Below, one piece after another: positions 38,994 to 54,173 of a stretch of DNA of 64,000 nucleotides. Below the pieces are notes generated by a model, which did not search any database, had not been told where the DNA came from, and saw only the letters and a list, made by a program, of their open reading frames with translations. Both the position numbers and the translations under genes were made by a program. The stretch's first letter is position 1, and every line of letters starts with the position of its first letter. The DNA is from Octopus vulgaris. Lineage: Eukaryota. Location: assembly GCA_951406725.2 (NCBI GenBank), contig OX597824.1, positions 27,342,001-27,406,000 on the forward strand, in the 5' to 3' direction.

Positions 38994-39481
38994 TGAGAAA
39001 GTTGGTGTGTGAAAGCACGTGGTTGAATATATAGAAAATAGTAAAAAGTGAAAAAACTACAGAAGGCTTGTTTTAAAAGGTTAAAAAAAATATATATTTG
39101 AGTCATTATGTCTGAAGAATGTTATCAATTTTTTTCATACAATATCGTTGCTATTAGGATAAACTGATCTATGCCCAAATTTGGCCAAATCCGTTGTTTT
39201 CAATATTTATTTTTGTTTGCAATACCGGTTCTTTTGGTCAAGCTATTGTACTTCCAGCTGCTTTAGATGCCAAGATATCAAAAACTGTAAAGATGTGGTA
39301 CAATGGTTTGCTATGGTGAAACAATCTTTTAGTTTTTCTGAAAAAAAAACCCGTTTGGACTTACAACACTTTTGCATAACAGCAACGAATATATATATAT
39401 ATCTATATATACATGTGTGAGCATGTGTGTATGTATGTATGTATGTATGTATGTATGTATGTATGTATGCATGTAGGTAGG

Positions 39482-39569
<88 letters not shown>

Positions 39570-39573
<4 letters not shown>

Positions 39574-39794
39574 CTTCTACTAGTTTCAGTCATTTGATTG
39601 CGGCCATGCTGGAGCACTGCCTTTAGTCGAACAAATCGCCCCCAGGACTTATTCTTTGTAAGCCTACTATATATTTTGATTGTTTCTTTTGCCGAACCGC
39701 TAAGTTGCGTGGACGTAAACATACCAACATCAGTTGTCAAGCAATGAAGGCGGGGGACAGACACAGATGCACACAAATATACACACATACATAC

Positions 39795-39832
<38 letters not shown>

Positions 39833-39993
39833 GACGGGCTTCTTTCAGTTTTCGTCTACCACATCCACTCACAAGGCTTTGGTCGGCCCGAGACTTTAGC
39901 AGAAGACACTTGCCCAAGTTCCCCACAGTGGGACTGAACCAGTAACCATGTGGCTTGGAAGCAAGCTTCTTACCACAGAGCCACTCCTGCGCC
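39570..39993 (-). mobile_element. SINE family 2, near full length
   Basis: Colinear with 46413-46834 including the internal (TA)n. Confidence 0.9.
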
Positions 39994-40010
39994 TCTCTCT
40001 CCCTCCCCCC

Positions 40011-40072
<62 letters not shown>

Positions 40073-41145
40073 CATGTTTATATATATATATATATATATA
40101 TATTGACGTATGCAATTTTAAATATTTATGAAGTTATTTATAAGTGATAATCGTTAGTTTGGGATGTACGTGTGTGCGAATGTGTTTGTGGTGGTCTATG
40201 TAGATACAAGTGTTCGTGTGCACACATGCACCCCGAAATACACACGTACACACGTTCTCTCATAAATACATACAAGTACAGTCATGCGTGTGTACGTTTG
40301 CGAGTGTGCTTGAATGTATGGGTGTATGGAAGCAACGCGAAGTATGATGTTGCTTTATATTTTTTACTCCAGTTAACATTATACAAGACCGAGTATTGTG
40401 GTAGACAACGTTTGAAATCTTTAGCACAGAATAAGATGTATGTATGCATACACGTAGGCGGCGGGTATGTGGGTGTTTGTGTGTGAAAAAAACTGTTTTA
40501 TACCGTGTCGATATCAATGTTCTGGGCGTTAGACGGTGAGGGGTACAATCGGCGGTCAGAAAACGAAAGCTAAGTAGCGTAAAGTTTAGAATACAAAGTC
40601 ATGCGAAATAACAACGAATACTATGATTAAAAGAGCAACAAAAATATGCTTATCTACGGTGATACTAGAACAGTTTGCTGTTTTAGCGCTAATTAACCGT
40701 AGCAAAGTACAAATGAAAAATCTGTATAAAAAAAAGAAAGAAAAAAGAAAAAACAACATGGCCGAAATGCAAAAATAAAAGCTAAAGGAATGGAGTTGGG
40801 GGGAGAGAAAAGTGTGTAATAGACAACAAGGGACCCTAAGAAAGAAGAAGAATAAAATAAAGAAAAATAGGGGAGAGATATGATACGGTGTAAAAGACAA
40901 AATATGAAAACAAGAAGAAGAAGACACAGATTGCACGATTCAGTGGAGGAGACCAAACGAGAAGGAACATTGTGGAACAAGTATTATGCCTGACAAAGAA
41001 AGTGGAAACGAGAAGATTAGGTTATATTAAAGGCTTCTAATATTATGTGTATGTATACCTTTATGCATTTATGCATATATGTATATATATATAATTGTAT
41101 ATGCACACGCATATATGTATGTATGTGTGAGTATATATATATATG

Positions 41146-41187
<42 letters not shown>

Positions 41188-41431
41188 ATATGTATGTATA
41201 TATATACATATGGACTTATAGGTGTATGCTTTTCTATATGTGTGTATGCACGTATATTTGTCTGAATGCATATTTGTATCTATGTATGCATATATCTGTA
41301 TCTACATACATATATGTGCGTGTGTGGGTGCTTGTATGTATGTATGTATGTATGTATGTATTTATGAATGTGTGTATTCTTGTATATATGTATACATATA
41401 TGCATAATATTTATGTGTCTTTATCTGTGTG

Positions 41432-41472
<41 letters not shown>

Positions 41473-42039
41473 GAATATATGTGTGTATGTTTGTATTTTA
41501 TTATGTATATATATGTATATATGCATGTTTTTATATGGGGGTGGTAGTGGAAATGATAGTAGAATGAAGGGTGCGTTTTTCAGGATTGTATTTTTGTCTT
41601 CAACGTTTTTGTACGTTTCTTTCGACAGAAAAGATTGTGACGAAAGAAATATGAACAATAAATAGATAAATAAATAAACAATGTACAAAAGACGACGAAT
41701 AGGATGGATAAGAAATGAAGGTGAATGAAATAAGTGACGAAGAAGGAAACGAAATATTTTAAGCATAAAAAGGAAGAGGATATAGAAAATGGAGAAAGAA
41801 AAATCATTAATGAGAAATGGTGGAAAGAAAATAATAATATTAATAATAGTAATAATAATTCCTTCTACTGAAGTCACAAGGCCTGAAATTTTGTGGGTGG
41901 GGACTAGTCGATTACATCGACCTCAGTGTTTCACTGGTACTTGATTTGTCGACCCTGAGAGGATGAAAGGCGAAGGCGATCTCGGTGGAATTTGAACTCA
42001 GAACCTAGCGACGGACGAAATGCCGTTAAGCATTTAACA

Positions 42040-42173
42040 GTACCTACCGATAGAAATACCTCAGCAAAGGAAATTGAAATTGAAATTGAAAATATGAAGA
42101 AATATAAGGAGATTCAGATTGAGATATCTACGACGTAGCAATTAACACAAAAACCACCCCTATTGTTGTAGGT
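42040..42173 (+). mobile_element. R4/Dong-like restriction-like endonuclease domain remnant
   Basis: VPTDRNTSAKEIE..KKYKEIQIEI..*..KTTPIVVG resembles the KExEKxxKYxDLxIEIxRxW..PIVVG motif of RLE non-LTR elements. Confidence 0.65.
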
Positions 42174-42265
42174 AAGCTACCAGCAAAATATGACGAATCT
42201 TTGTTAGAAATCGCCCTTTGGAACGCTCGACAGTAAAGGATGGAATAAGATTCAACTTCTCCACG

Positions 42266-42326
<61 letters not shown>

Positions 42327-42966
42327 GTCAATGATATTTACCACGTGACTACAAGGAAAAATGTGAGCAACATATGGTATATAATTTTTGAGCCCTTTTT
42401 CCTTGAGACATTGTAATTTATATTAAGGGTTATGCACGGGTCAAAAGTTTGAGCAACATTATCCTAGAAGTTCCAACAAAACCCGAGTTAAGAGAAAAGT
42501 ACTGAAAATGATAATAAAATTTTGGTACAAAGGCAGCAATTTTCAGCCGCGGAAGTGGGTAGGGTAAGTCCATTATATTTTATTTACCTCGAAACCATAA
42601 AAAGAAAAGTCGATCTTGGCTGAATTTGAACTACATCACAGTCGGACGAAAATTTGAACTACAACACAGTTGGACGAAAATGCCGCTAGGCAATTTGTCC
42701 GGCGTTCATACGAATCTACCAGCTCGATACGTTGATAATATCAATGCTTTAAAATTTTGGCACAAGGCCAGCAATTTGTAATAGAGGTTTAGTCGATTAC
42801 GTCGACTCCAGTATTTTACTGGTAGTTAATTTATCGATCCCGAAAAGATCAAAGTCGACCTCGGTGGAATGTGTTCCCAGAACGTAGTGACGGACGAAAT
42901 GTTGCTAAGTATTTTAACAGGTGGGCTAAAGATTTTACCAGCTCGCCGTCTCAGTAATCATATAAA

Positions 42967-43040
<74 letters not shown>

Positions 43041-43043
<3 letters not shown>

Positions 43044-43289
43044 TATGTTTGACTTTTGCTTTATGTATGTACAAGTTGGCTCCAAGTCTCACCCAGAGAC
43101 CTCAAGAGACAACAGGTTGGAAGTTCTGTGCCATACATTTGGTTTTTTTCTTTTTTGGTGTTGTACTAGTGAATGTCTAATACATAAAAATAAAATTTAA
43201 AAAAATAAATAAATAAATAAATAAATAAAAAATAAAAAAAAAGTTTGTTTTAAACCTTGGGATTACATAGAGAGTATTTTGCGTAGGAT
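43041..43289 (-). mobile_element. 3' end of an R4/Dong-like non-LTR retrotransposon in (TAA)n
   Basis: Minus strand ILRKILSM* then a 3' UTR ending GTCAAACATAGAA-(TAA)n. Confidence 0.7.
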
Positions 43290-43339
43290 TATTATTATTA
43301 TTATTATTATTATGAATAATAATAATACTAATGATGATG

Positions 43340-43426
<87 letters not shown>

Positions 43427-43429
43427 TAA

Positions 43430-44020
43430 AGGTGGCGGGCTGGCAGAAGCGCTAGCACGCTGAACGAAATGCTTAGCGGTATTTCGCCTGTCGCTACATT
43501 CTGAGTTCAAATCCCGCCGAGGTTCACTTTACCTTTAATCCTCTCAGGGGATCGATAAATTCGACTTATCCACACCTCCCCCAGCGGCCCTTGTGGCAAA
43601 AATTTCAAAGAATTATTATCAATAATATAACAATAAATCAAGGTAGTGAGCTGGCAGAAACGTTAGCACGCCCGGCGAAATGCTTAGCTGTATTTCGTCT
43701 GCCGTTAGGTTCTGAGTTCAAATTCTGCCGAGATCGACTTTGCCTTTCATACTTGCGGGGTCGATAAATTAAGTACCAGTTACGCACTGGGGTCGATATA
43801 ATCGACTTTATCCGTTTGTCTGTCCTTGTTTGTCTCGTCCGTGTTTAGCCCTTTGTGGGTAGTAAAGAAATAGGTATTTCGTCTGCCGCTACGTTCTGAG
43901 TTCAAATTCCGCCGAGGTCGACTTTGGCTTTTATTCTTTCACGGTCGATAAATTAAGTACGGTTTGCTTACTTAATTGGCCCTCTCTCCCAAAATTTCGG
44001 GCCTTATACCTAGAGTAGGA
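43430..44020 (+). mobile_element. Two SINE family 3 copies (second with duplicated body)
   Basis: Family 3 head and core motifs. Confidence 0.9.
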
Positions 44021-44044
44021 ATAAATAATATAGCAATAATAATA

Positions 44045-44079
<35 letters not shown>

Positions 44080-44153
44080 ACAAATAAACTAAAAGGAATA
44101 GAAATCGGATAAAAGAAGGAAACAAAAATGAAGAAAAAGCTTCCCCCTACTTA

Positions 44154-44377
44154 TTGGGATGGTGCATAATTATTGCGGCTTTTTTTCTCAACAAAAAGAA
44201 TAACAACATGTATCAAAAACATCTTTAAATAATTATTCCGGAGCGTATTCACTATCTACTTCAATTACTGCTTCCCCTTTTTGCTTGGCAGATGGTCAGA
44301 CCGTCATTTAAAGATGATTTTGTTAAATATTGTTATTGTCTTTGTTGAATAAAATTTGTTGAAAAAAAAGCCGCAAT
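44154..44377. mobile_element. mariner-derived MITE remnant
   Basis: TA-TTGGGATGGTGCATAATTATTGCGGCTTTTTTT start and inverted AAAAAAAGCCGCAAT end; internal ATCTTTAAAT/ATTTAAAGAT. Confidence 0.6.
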
Positions 44378-44830
44378 CAAAGCTAAACTGTAGATAATCA
44401 CATAAAAGATGACTCTATCAGGAATGAGAGAAAGCAAAAGAAAGAAAAGAGAAACAGACGGAAAGAGTAATTGGTAGGACTATGAAGATTTAGTGAAGAA
44501 GAGTTAGAAAGAAGAGTGTTAACGGAGCTGTTTAATTACCATTGAGCAACGACCACATACATACATACAATACATACATACATACATACATACATACATA
44601 CATACATACATACATACATACATACATGTATACACACATACATACATATATATATATATATATGTATAAATGTATATATGCATCTATATGTATGCATATA
44701 TGTGCATATATACACACATATATGTATATATATATATATATATATAAATATACGTGTATATACACACATATATGTATATATATATATATATATATAAATA
44801 TATATGTGTATATATATATATATAAATATT

Positions 44831-44861
<31 letters not shown>

Positions 44862-44947
44862 GTATGTATATATATATATATATACATATGTATGTATGTA
44901 TATATATATATATATATACATAAGTACATGTGTGTATTTAAATTGTT

Positions 44948-44985
<38 letters not shown>

Positions 44986-45057
44986 GATACTTACATATGC
45001 ATATAAATAAAAACATACATACACATGCACACACACATACACACACACATACACAAC

Positions 45058-45136
<79 letters not shown>

Positions 45137-45543
45137 GTATACTAATGTATGTGTCAGTATGTGTTTTAATATATGTATATCGAGGAGGGACATACATACA
45201 TATGTAGTAAGATGGAGGACAGCAAAACTACATTAAGAAGGCGAACTGTCGTTATCTTTGTTATATAAAAAGCAGAAATTCCTTTTCCTACAACTAAAGA
45301 TTCCCTCACTCCACTTCTCTAGGGTGTTATTTTGGTGTTTTTTTTTCCTGTGAGATGTTCTAAACATATTCCGAAAGATAGTTTTTGATCGTCCAACTTT
45401 CGTCTTGAGGAGATTATAAGGGAAATCAGAATGCAAAGTAAGCCGTATCCCTCTGGGAGACATCAATGAGCACTAACCGTGAAGTCGAAGATATAGAAGA
45501 AGAACGGAATAACAATAGTAATGGCAATAATAATAATAACAGC

Positions 45544-45604
<61 letters not shown>

Positions 45605-45680
45605 TAAAAAAAAAAAATAATAATAATGGTCACTTATATTTTTTCCCAGGACGAGATGAGAACGATGATGATGATGATGG

Positions 45681-45754
<74 letters not shown>

Positions 45755-46033
45755 GGCTTTGCGTATGATTTCAAATTTTGGTACAAGGCCAGTAATTTCA
45801 GGGGAGTGGGTAAGTTGATTACATTGGCACCAATGTTCAACTCGCACATATTTTATCGGTTCCGAAAGGATGAAAGGCAAAGTCGACCTCGGCGGATTTT
45901 GAACCATCATATGTTGTTGGTGGAGTTTATTGTCCATGATGGGTAAACGTCCTTGACTCGTTTGGCATGCTAACGATTCTGTCAACACGCCACCTTAATA
46001 ATAATCGTTTCAAATTTTGGCACAAAATTTCGT

Positions 46034-46331
46034 TTGACAGAAGCACTAACCAACTACAACAATGATGACGATTCACTAGAGAAAAACAAAAGTAATTATC
46101 TACTACCCAAAGGAAGGAATAAAATACTAGACGACATCTGGAACCGTACCCAGAATTTTCCTCACACTATCTATAAACCAAAAATTCTTCCTAACTTCAA
46201 GAACATACAATGGAAGCATCTACTACAGCTAAAAAAGAACAAAGACCTGACAATCAAAGAAGTAGACAAAGGTAGTACTTTAGTCCTGATGGATACAGAA
46301 TACTATAAAGACCTAGCATTGTCCATACTAG

Positions 46332-46332
<1 letters not shown>
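46034..46332 (+). mobile_element. Penelope-like element reverse transcriptase fragment (DKG region)
   Basis: LLQLKKNKDLTIKEVDKGSTLVLMDTEYY matches the conserved IKxADKG..VVMD..Y motif preceding the PLE RT core; truncated by (CA)n/(TA)n. Confidence 0.85.
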
Positions 46333-46412
<80 letters not shown>

Positions 46413-46413
<1 letters not shown>

Positions 46414-46831
46414 ACTCTTTTACTCTTTTACTCTTTTACTTGTTTCAGTCATTTGACTGCGGCCATGCTGGAGCACCGCCTTTAGTCGAGCAAATCGACC
46501 CCGGGACTTATTCTTTGTAAGCCCAGTACTTATTCCATCGGCATCTTTTGCCGAACCGCTAAGTGACGGGGACGTAAACACACCAGCATCGGTTGTCAAG
46601 CAATGCTAGGGGGACAAATACAGACACACAAACATACACACAAATACATATATATATATATACATATATACGACAGGCTTCTTTCAGTTTCCGTCTACCA
46701 AATCCACTCACAAGGCATTGGTCGGGCCGAGGCTATAGCAGAAGACACTTGCCCAAGATGCCATGCAGTGGGACTGAACCCGGAACCATGTGGTTGGCAA
46801 GCAAGCTACTTACCACACAGCCACTTCTGCG

Positions 46832-46834
<3 letters not shown>
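46413..46834 (-). mobile_element. Full-length SINE family 2
   Basis: tRNA-like head (GTGGCTGTGTGGTAAG..GGTTCAGTCCC), internal (TA)n, 3' tail GGCGGTGCTCCAGCATGGCCGCAGTCAAATGACTGAAACAAG-(TAAAAGAG)n. Confidence 0.92.
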
Positions 46835-46881
<47 letters not shown>

Positions 46882-47153
46882 AAGTAATATGGAGGAATAA
46901 GTGTAAGTTGATTAGTGTGTTTAAATGTTGAGTAGAGCACCGGCATTGTTAAGGCTGCTTGTCATCCACAGTCGTGGTACACTTCCGTTGGATCAAGTTC
47001 AGGAACACCACAGTGACGGTTGGGCTAATAGTATTAAACTATAGGAAATGGACTTCGTATTAGACATTTAGACGTTTGACCCAGACGGATGGATTGAAAC
47101 ATATGTTGTACCTAATAAAGGTCTAATAGTCCTGTTATTTAACAATATATTAT

Positions 47154-47205
<52 letters not shown>

Positions 47206-47301
47206 TAATAATAAAACTAATAATAATAATTATAATAATAACAACAACAACAACAATAATAATAATAATAATTTATATATATATATATATATATAAATAT
47301 A

Positions 47302-47369
<68 letters not shown>

Positions 47370-47934
47370 CACGAGCGTGGATGTGTGGTAAGAAGCTCAT
47401 CTCACAATCTCACAGTTCCTAGTTCAATCCCACTTTGCCACGCGACTTCTACTATGGCTTCTGGTTCACCAACGCTTATTAAGTTGATTCGTTTGCTGGA
47501 AACTGACAGAAGCCCGTATATGTCCGTGTAAGTGTGTGTTTGCATGTGTGTGTGTGTGTGTGTGTGTGTTTGTGGTTCGTTGCGTGAGTGTGTGTGTCTT
47601 TGTCCGTCACCATATGTAAGTATATCTGTATGTGTGTTTGTATGTGTGAATGTCCGTTTGTCTGTCTGTTTGTTGTCTGTCTGTCTGTCTGTCTGTCTGT
47701 ATGTATATATGTATGTATTTATGTGTGTACGTATGTATGAGTGTGTGTGCAAGTGTATGCGCTGTACACATATATCAACACTGCAAATGAAATATAATTA
47801 AAAATTACCGATAGAAGCCTTTTTAATTTCGATTCTTTTTGCTGTCACAAAATAAAGTGAAAAGAAAAAACATTAAAACACTGAGTACAGCGATAATGGC
47901 ATTCTGCTTGAAAATAAAAATTAGGAATGTGTTG

Positions 47935-47964
47935 ACGGTGACCATGATGATAGTGATGATGATG

Positions 47965-48023
<59 letters not shown>

Positions 48024-48515
48024 GAGGCGCCGTGGTGATGATGATAATGATGAAGGTGATGATGATGAGAGTAGTGGTAGCGTTGGTTATGATTATGATG
48101 ATAATGGTAATGTAGATGATGAAGATGATGATGGTGATGATGGCGGTGGTGGTGGTGGCGGTGGTATTGGTGGTAGTGATCATGATGATGTTGATAGTGG
48201 ATGATGATGCTTATAGTGATGATGATGATGATAGTTGTGGCGGTGGTGGTGTTAGTGATGGAGACCATGATGATGATAATGATGATGATGATGATGATGA
48301 TGATGATGGTGGTGCTGGTGCTGGTGGTGGTTGCGGTGGTGACGACGAGGTCGACAATAATGATGTTCATGTTTTAATGAAGATTATGGTGATTGTTGTG
48401 ATGATGACGACGACGATGATGATGATCTCGACATTCATCGGTGCCACCACCATCACCACAACATCAACAACAATGAAAACAACAACAACAACAACAACAG
48501 CAGCAGCATCACCAG
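47935..48515. repeat. Degenerate (GAT/GGT)n then (CAA/CAG)n array
   Basis: Imperfect trinucleotide repeats. Confidence 0.9.
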
Positions 48516-48874
48516 CAACTCCCCACCCCTACCGCTGGAATGACAACGACAATGCCGTGGCGACCATGATGAGGATGATAGGACAGACAAGCAAGGTAGC
48601 TGTAGCATGGTTTCACGTGAAGATAATGACAGATGAAACCTTAACAGGTGTAACGAAGCCTAAATATATATATATATATATATATAGATGTATATATATA
48701 TATACATATACATATGCGCGCGCGTGTTTGTTATTCTGTTATTGTGTTGTCTTTTACAACTGTCATCAACAATTTTCTTCAGACTTTTCAACCGTCTTTG
48801 TTAAATATAGTCTTTCCTAGTTTCTTTTTCATTATCTTGCTCTCGTTTATTATATATATATATATATATATACA

Positions 48875-48969
<95 letters not shown>

Positions 48970-49123
48970 ACAGCAATATCATACCTTGGATGGAATTTAT
49001 AAATGAAATTAAAGTGTATATATATATAAAGCAAAAAAGAAAGAGAGAGGGAGAGGAAGTTACATACACACACGCATATATAATTTATATATGACTATGT
49101 GTATGTGTATATATATATATACA

Positions 49124-49159
<36 letters not shown>

Positions 49160-49889
49160 TATAAACTTACACATATATATAAATATGTAAGTATAACTGT
49201 ATATGCGTATATATAAGCTTGCACACACACATGTTAGTGTACGTGTACGTCTTTTAATTCTCTGAAGTGTTACGAAGATTGAAGTACGGAAAAGCTTATA
49301 CGCCATATTTCCCGCCTTTCCGTAGGTGAATCTATGGCATCAACATAGTATATGTATATCAGCCACTACATCACTTGGTAACGGGTGTTAGTTTGTTGAG
49401 GACTCCTTAACAAGCCAGTGAAAGTGATTGATAAATTATTAGAGGTTAACAAAAATGCGCTGGAGTTGATTTGTGCTACTAAAGTGTTATACAGATTGCC
49501 CCAGCCTGGCCGTAACTTATATATGCATACTTCTTTGTGTATGCATGAATGCTTTCTTTTTCTCTTCTTAACTCAGATGTGATCTTGACCGGCCATCTGG
49601 TCTTGTAAGAAAGTTGTGAAGGAAAGCATCTTCTTAGTCCATCGTTTTTTAAATCTTAAGTATGTCACACAGATCTTTATAGTTCCAGTTATTGTGTTCA
49701 TTTGTAGGGCGTGGATTAAGGAGCTGCATTCTAGCCTAAAGAACCAAACTTCAGCGATACATTGCGCAAGGCGGGTTGGGTTATCTCCAACAGTTCCAAT
49801 AATATTAAGAGGTACAAAACTGACAGTGTATCCTGGGGAATTGTTTTGCAAAATATATTGATTGGCCTATGTCTTTCTCTTTTATATAT

Positions 49890-50062
49890 GTATGTATATC
49901 CAGCCGAAATTGCGAGGATGATCCGGTTCTTGACTGAAGATAAAAGGCTCCGAAGGACTCGTCCTTGTTTTTTTGTATCATCTATCTGGATGTTTTGCTG
50001 TCCCTTTTTGTATCACCTAGTCAGGATGTTTTGCGTTCTTGTCCCATTTTGTATTTTATTAT
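49890..50062 (+). repeat. Interspersed repeat ending at (TA)n; second copy at ~17788-17925
   Basis: Shared GACTCGTCCTTGTTTT...CTGGATGTTTTG...GGATGTTTTGCGTTCTTGTCCCAT.TTTGTATTTTA-(TA)n. Confidence 0.8.
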
Positions 50063-50842
50063 ATATATATATATGTATGTATGTATGTATATACTTGTCT
50101 TTTTTCTTTGTTTTATCGTTTAGTTATTACAGTCATGAGACTGGCCAAGCTGGAGCACCCAGTACTTATTATTATTATTATTCATATTTACTCTGGTACT
50201 TATTCTATCGGTCTCTTTGACCGAACCCACCGTTAAGTTACGAGGACATAAACACCAACACTGATTGTAAAGAGGTGTTGGGAGATAAACACAGACACTG
50301 ATACAGACACAAACATATATACACATAAGTTTATTGATTGTATATATGTGTATATATATGTATGTATACATACACACACGCATGCACACACACGATAAGC
50401 TTATTTCCACTTCCGCCTACCAGATCCTCTCAAAAGGCTTTGATCGACCTGAGCCTATAGTAAAAGACACTTACCCAAGGTGCCACGTATTGGAATTGAA
50501 CCTGGAAATATATGGATAGTAAGCAAAAGTCTTACGACGCAGCCACGCCTGTACATACATGTATATAACCGAGTAAATACACATACGCCTATGCATAAAT
50601 TAATATATTTTTTCAATTCATTATTGCTCATTATAATTGTTGATTTAATTAGGTATGTACATTATACTTATTGATTAATTAATTTATAAATTTATATGTT
50701 TATTATACAAGTAACTGTGCACGCCTATATAAATATTGTTACGTAATTAAGAAACTGAATTAAGCTTCCATATTTTCATCTAATTTAGAAAGACTCTGTT
50801 TGAAAAATCTCTCGACTTCTAATTAGTTGACGTCATATTTTG

Positions 50843-51470
<628 letters not shown>

Positions 51471-51498
51471 GTCTGTCTATCTGTCTGTCTGTCTATCA

Positions 51499-51570
<72 letters not shown>

Positions 51571-51614
51571 GTCTGTCTGTCTGTCTGTCTGTCTGTATCT
51601 ATCTAGTCTGTCTG

Positions 51615-51657
<43 letters not shown>

Positions 51658-51718
51658 CTCTATCTATCTATCTATCTGTCTACCTCTCTATCTGTCTGTC
51701 TGTCTGTGTGTCTCTCTA

Positions 51719-51758
<40 letters not shown>

Positions 51759-52124
51759 GCCAGCTCGCCTGCTAGCTGTCTGCCTGAGTATGCAACGTCG
51801 TTTAGGGTCTTTCTGCCAGCTTGGCTGGAAGCGAACTCATATGTATACACACACACACATATATACACATACATGCACACACACATACATATATATGTAT
51901 ATATATGAAATGGGTCACTTTATGCCCTATTCAAACTAGACGTATTGTTAGAACATCGAATACCGACCGCGGTGTTTATTCTAAGAGATCTGATCGCTTG
52001 CAAACGATTTGTATCTGAGTGCGTGTGTGTTTGCGTGCGTGCGTGTTTGCATGCATGTGCGCGTATGTATGCGTCTGTGTGTGTGAGTATGCGCGTGTGT
52101 GCACCGAGCACAGTCTTCTGTTTA

Positions 52125-52570
52125 CATACATACATACGTAATACATACATACGTACATTCATACATACATACATTCATACATACATAATACATGCATGCA
52201 TACATACATACATATGTAATACAGACATACATACATTCATACATACATACATTCATACATACATACATAATACATGCATGCATGCATACATACATACATA
52301 CATACATACATACATGCATACATACATTCATACATACATACATAATACATGCATGCATACATACATACATACATAGATACATACATACATACATGCATAC
52401 ATACATTCATACATACATACATACATACATACATACATACATGCATGCATATATACATACATACATACATACATTCATGCTTACATACATACATACATAC
52501 ATACATATATACATACATACATACATACATACATACATGCATACATACATACATACATACATTCATGCTT
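52125..52570. repeat. (TACA)n-derived compound repeat
   Basis: TACA array with recurring TTCA, TAATA and TGCA variants. Confidence 0.9.
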
Positions 52571-53079
52571 ACGAAATACGTCATAGGAACAAAACGCAAA
52601 ACCACAGCATTTGATATCAGATTAAATAAAGTTATTTTTCATTTATTTAATTTTGAAACCCTGAAACGGTTCACAAATAACAAATTAGGAGAAGAATTAA
52701 ATTACTTTTGAAAATAGAACAACTAGAAATTTTTAATGCTACACAAAAAAAAAAAAATAAAGAAAAAATTCTGGATCACGGTTATAATTAAAATCCATTC
52801 ATCCTGGAGAACAACCACAAAAAAAGAAACATCCATTTTTTTTTGATTTCTAATAATGCTTCCTGCATATCAACTTGGCATAGCTATGAAGAACTGACGT
52901 AATATGATATCACCTTTCATCTGAACAGCATGTAACCAACAAATATGGAGAATGTTACGTGAATGGACTTTAATTATTCTATATATAGAGGGTGTTATTG
53001 AACCAAATACGGATCAAGAATTGTGTATTTATAAACCTAAAGATTTATTATTCTGACATTAATTTTAATGCAATTAAAT

Positions 53080-54022
53080 GCACGTGCGCGCGTACACACA
53101 CATTCGCACATACACACATACACACGCACGCACGCACGCACGTACATACACACATACGTACAGACACACGTACACACACACACGCACGCACGCACTCACG
53201 TACATACACACACACTCGTACACACACATACGTACAGACACTCACATACACACACGCACGAACACACACTGACACACACATGCACACACATACACACGCA
53301 TGCACACACACGTACACATACATTCAAATACACACACGGACACAAACATACACACGCACGCACACACGTACACACACACACACTCACACACACACACGCA
53401 CGCACGCACGCATAAAACGCACGCACACACACATACACACGCATGCACACACACATATATATGCACGCACACACGTACACACACTCACATTCACACATAT
53501 ACACACACGCACGCACGTATACAGACGCACGCACACACACATACACACACACACACATACATATGCACGCACGCACACACGTACACACACTCACATTCAC
53601 ACATATACACACACGCACGCACGTATACAGACGCACGCACACACACATACACACGCATGCACACACACACATACATATGCACGCACGCACACACGTACAC
53701 ACACTCACATTCACATATACACACACACACGCACGCATACAGACACACGCACGCACACATACACACGCATGCACACACACACATACATATGCACGCACGC
53801 ACACACGTACACACACTCACATTCACATACACACACACACGCACGCATACAGACACACGCACGCACACATACACACGCATGCACACACACACATACATAT
53901 GCATGCACACACGTACACAAACTCACATTCATATACACGCCCACACACACACACATACACACGCACGCACACACATACATACGCACGCATACACGTACAC
54001 ACTGACATTCACACATGCACAT
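53080..54022. repeat. (CA)n-derived higher-order minisatellite
   Basis: Recurring unit ACACGTACACACACTCACATTCACA..ATAC...GCACGCATACAGAC with roughly 110-120 bp spacing (e.g. ~53472, ~53578, ~53692, ~53804). Confidence 0.85.
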
Positions 54023-54173
54023 ACGCGTTTCTATATATCATTCTTCGGATTCTTTTTCAAATATGCTCGACCACTGGTTTAAATCGATGTTAATTTATTG
54101 ATATCAATTTCTACCCTCATTATTTGATCTTATCATATATGTACATTTAGATAAACATATAATACTGTATAGT

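Noticed and set aside
49573-49861. GIY-YIG C-terminus (AWIKELHSSLKNQ) or a SECIS element downstream
   Set aside because: Similarity is too weak, and the SECIS apical AA spacing does not fit.
52992-54093. His/Thr-rich ORFs up to 337 aa
   Set aside because: (CA)n-derived minisatellite that lacks stop codons by composition.
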